From the human T2T-CHM13v2.0 reference genome, Homo sapiens: a stretch of 64,000 nucleotides of DNA. Each line of letters opens with the position of its first letter. Position 1 is the first letter of the stretch. The notes beneath the pieces were generated by a model, which worked only from the letters and a program-made list of their open reading frames with translations, was not told the origin of the DNA and searched no databases. Of this stretch, positions 62,850-64,000 are shown piece after piece. Location of the stretch: the NCBI RefSeq assembly GCF_009914755.1, contig NC_060947.1; one strand, given 5' to 3'. The position numbers and the translations under genes were made by a program.

Positions 62850-64000
62850 TATTAACACTGGCACAGTCAGCCGAGGTCACTTTGTTGGAAATATTCAATG
62901 ACCCTGTTTCAGAAGGGAGTATAGGTAGAGCTATGAGTGAGGGGAAATAATTAGGAAAACAAAATGTGCCATACAGGTAACACAAGAAGTGTCAGCTTGG
63001 GTGCAAATAAGCACCAAAAAAGTTAACTGAACCATCAAATGAGAAGGAATTGTGATAGAAGAGACAGGAGGGAAATGCTCATTTGAAAGTAAGAGTAAAT
63101 AGTGCTTCAAAAACAACAAAGCATTGAACAGAATAAAATGCTGCCAAAAGCTCAGGTATAAGAATTGAAAGGAGTAAGTCACTTAAGGGTCACTGGTGAC
63201 TTTACTGACAAGAGTTTTAGTGTCATTAGAGGGGCAGAAACGTGGTTGCTAGCAAAAGCCTGATTGTGGTAGGATGAAGAAAAAAAAATGGGAGCAGGAA
63301 TGTGATAAAAGCTATGGACCTTCTTGCCTGAAAAATGCATATGCATGCATACACATAAAATAATTCCCTCCCTTTCAACGGGTCTATGTATCTTTTGAAG
63401 CACATTTGTCAAGCCTAAGGTTTAATTCCGGATATTCTTATGAGGATCTTGCTTATGAAGAAATGAGACACCAATACTTAAAGTGAGAAAAATGATGGGA
63501 AATATATGAGGTTTTAATGTGTTTCTATTGGAGAATTTGAAAATAGTTATAAACTTTGAGTGACAGCAAATAGAGAGGAAGAGGCTGTAAAAGCACAAGA
63601 CAGAGGAAATAACAGAAGGTCAAGGTTACTATCATAGAGAAAATAGGAAAGGATATAAGCAAGACCAAAGGCAGGGGCAATAAACAGTAGAATTTCCTCT
63701 TCTTCTGAGACTGTAGGAAATAATTTGACGGTAGGTGCAGCTATAAATAAACTTTTAGATGTGGGAGCATAAATTTGTTCAACTTCATTGCCATTAGTTT
63801 TCTTAATGCAGAAAGAAAAGTATCATCTGTATAACAATGGGAGAGAAGATAAAGAGATTGAATAGATTGATTTTGAGATTCAGATAATCTTTCTGATATT
63901 TATCACAAGTGTTTTCATGAGCAGATGATTTGAGAATCACATTTTAGGTATTTACACTAAGATACAAAACTAAGACATAGTCCTTGCCATGGAGGAATTC
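62850..64000 (-). mobile_element. L2 fragments
   Basis: ggtcactggtgactttactgacaagagttttagtg; aaaactaagacatagtccttgccatggaggaa. Confidence 0.55.

Overview
AT-rich primate (human-like) nuclear DNA made up mostly of nested transposable elements: old and young LINE-1s (L1MA/L1MB/L1ME/L1PB/L1PA), Alus, ERV LTRs (LTR12, LTR13, MLT2A, MST, MLT1), L2, MIR and small DNA-transposon relics. I found no intact cellular protein-coding gene, RNA gene or CRISPR array. The long ORFs are broken L1 ORF1/ORF2 pieces. The most unusual structures are: a young 5'-truncated L1 with a 93-bp target-site duplication (52223-52873); two independent twin-priming 5'-inverted L1s of different ages; several fold-back or template-switch scars; a diverged inverted repeat bracketing ~860 bp; two orphan 3'UTR-like inserts inside L1s; and weak candidate minus-strand exons downstream of an LTR12. 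Subfamily names come from recalled diagnostic motifs, not from a RepeatMasker run. I found no convincing evidence for a new biological system.
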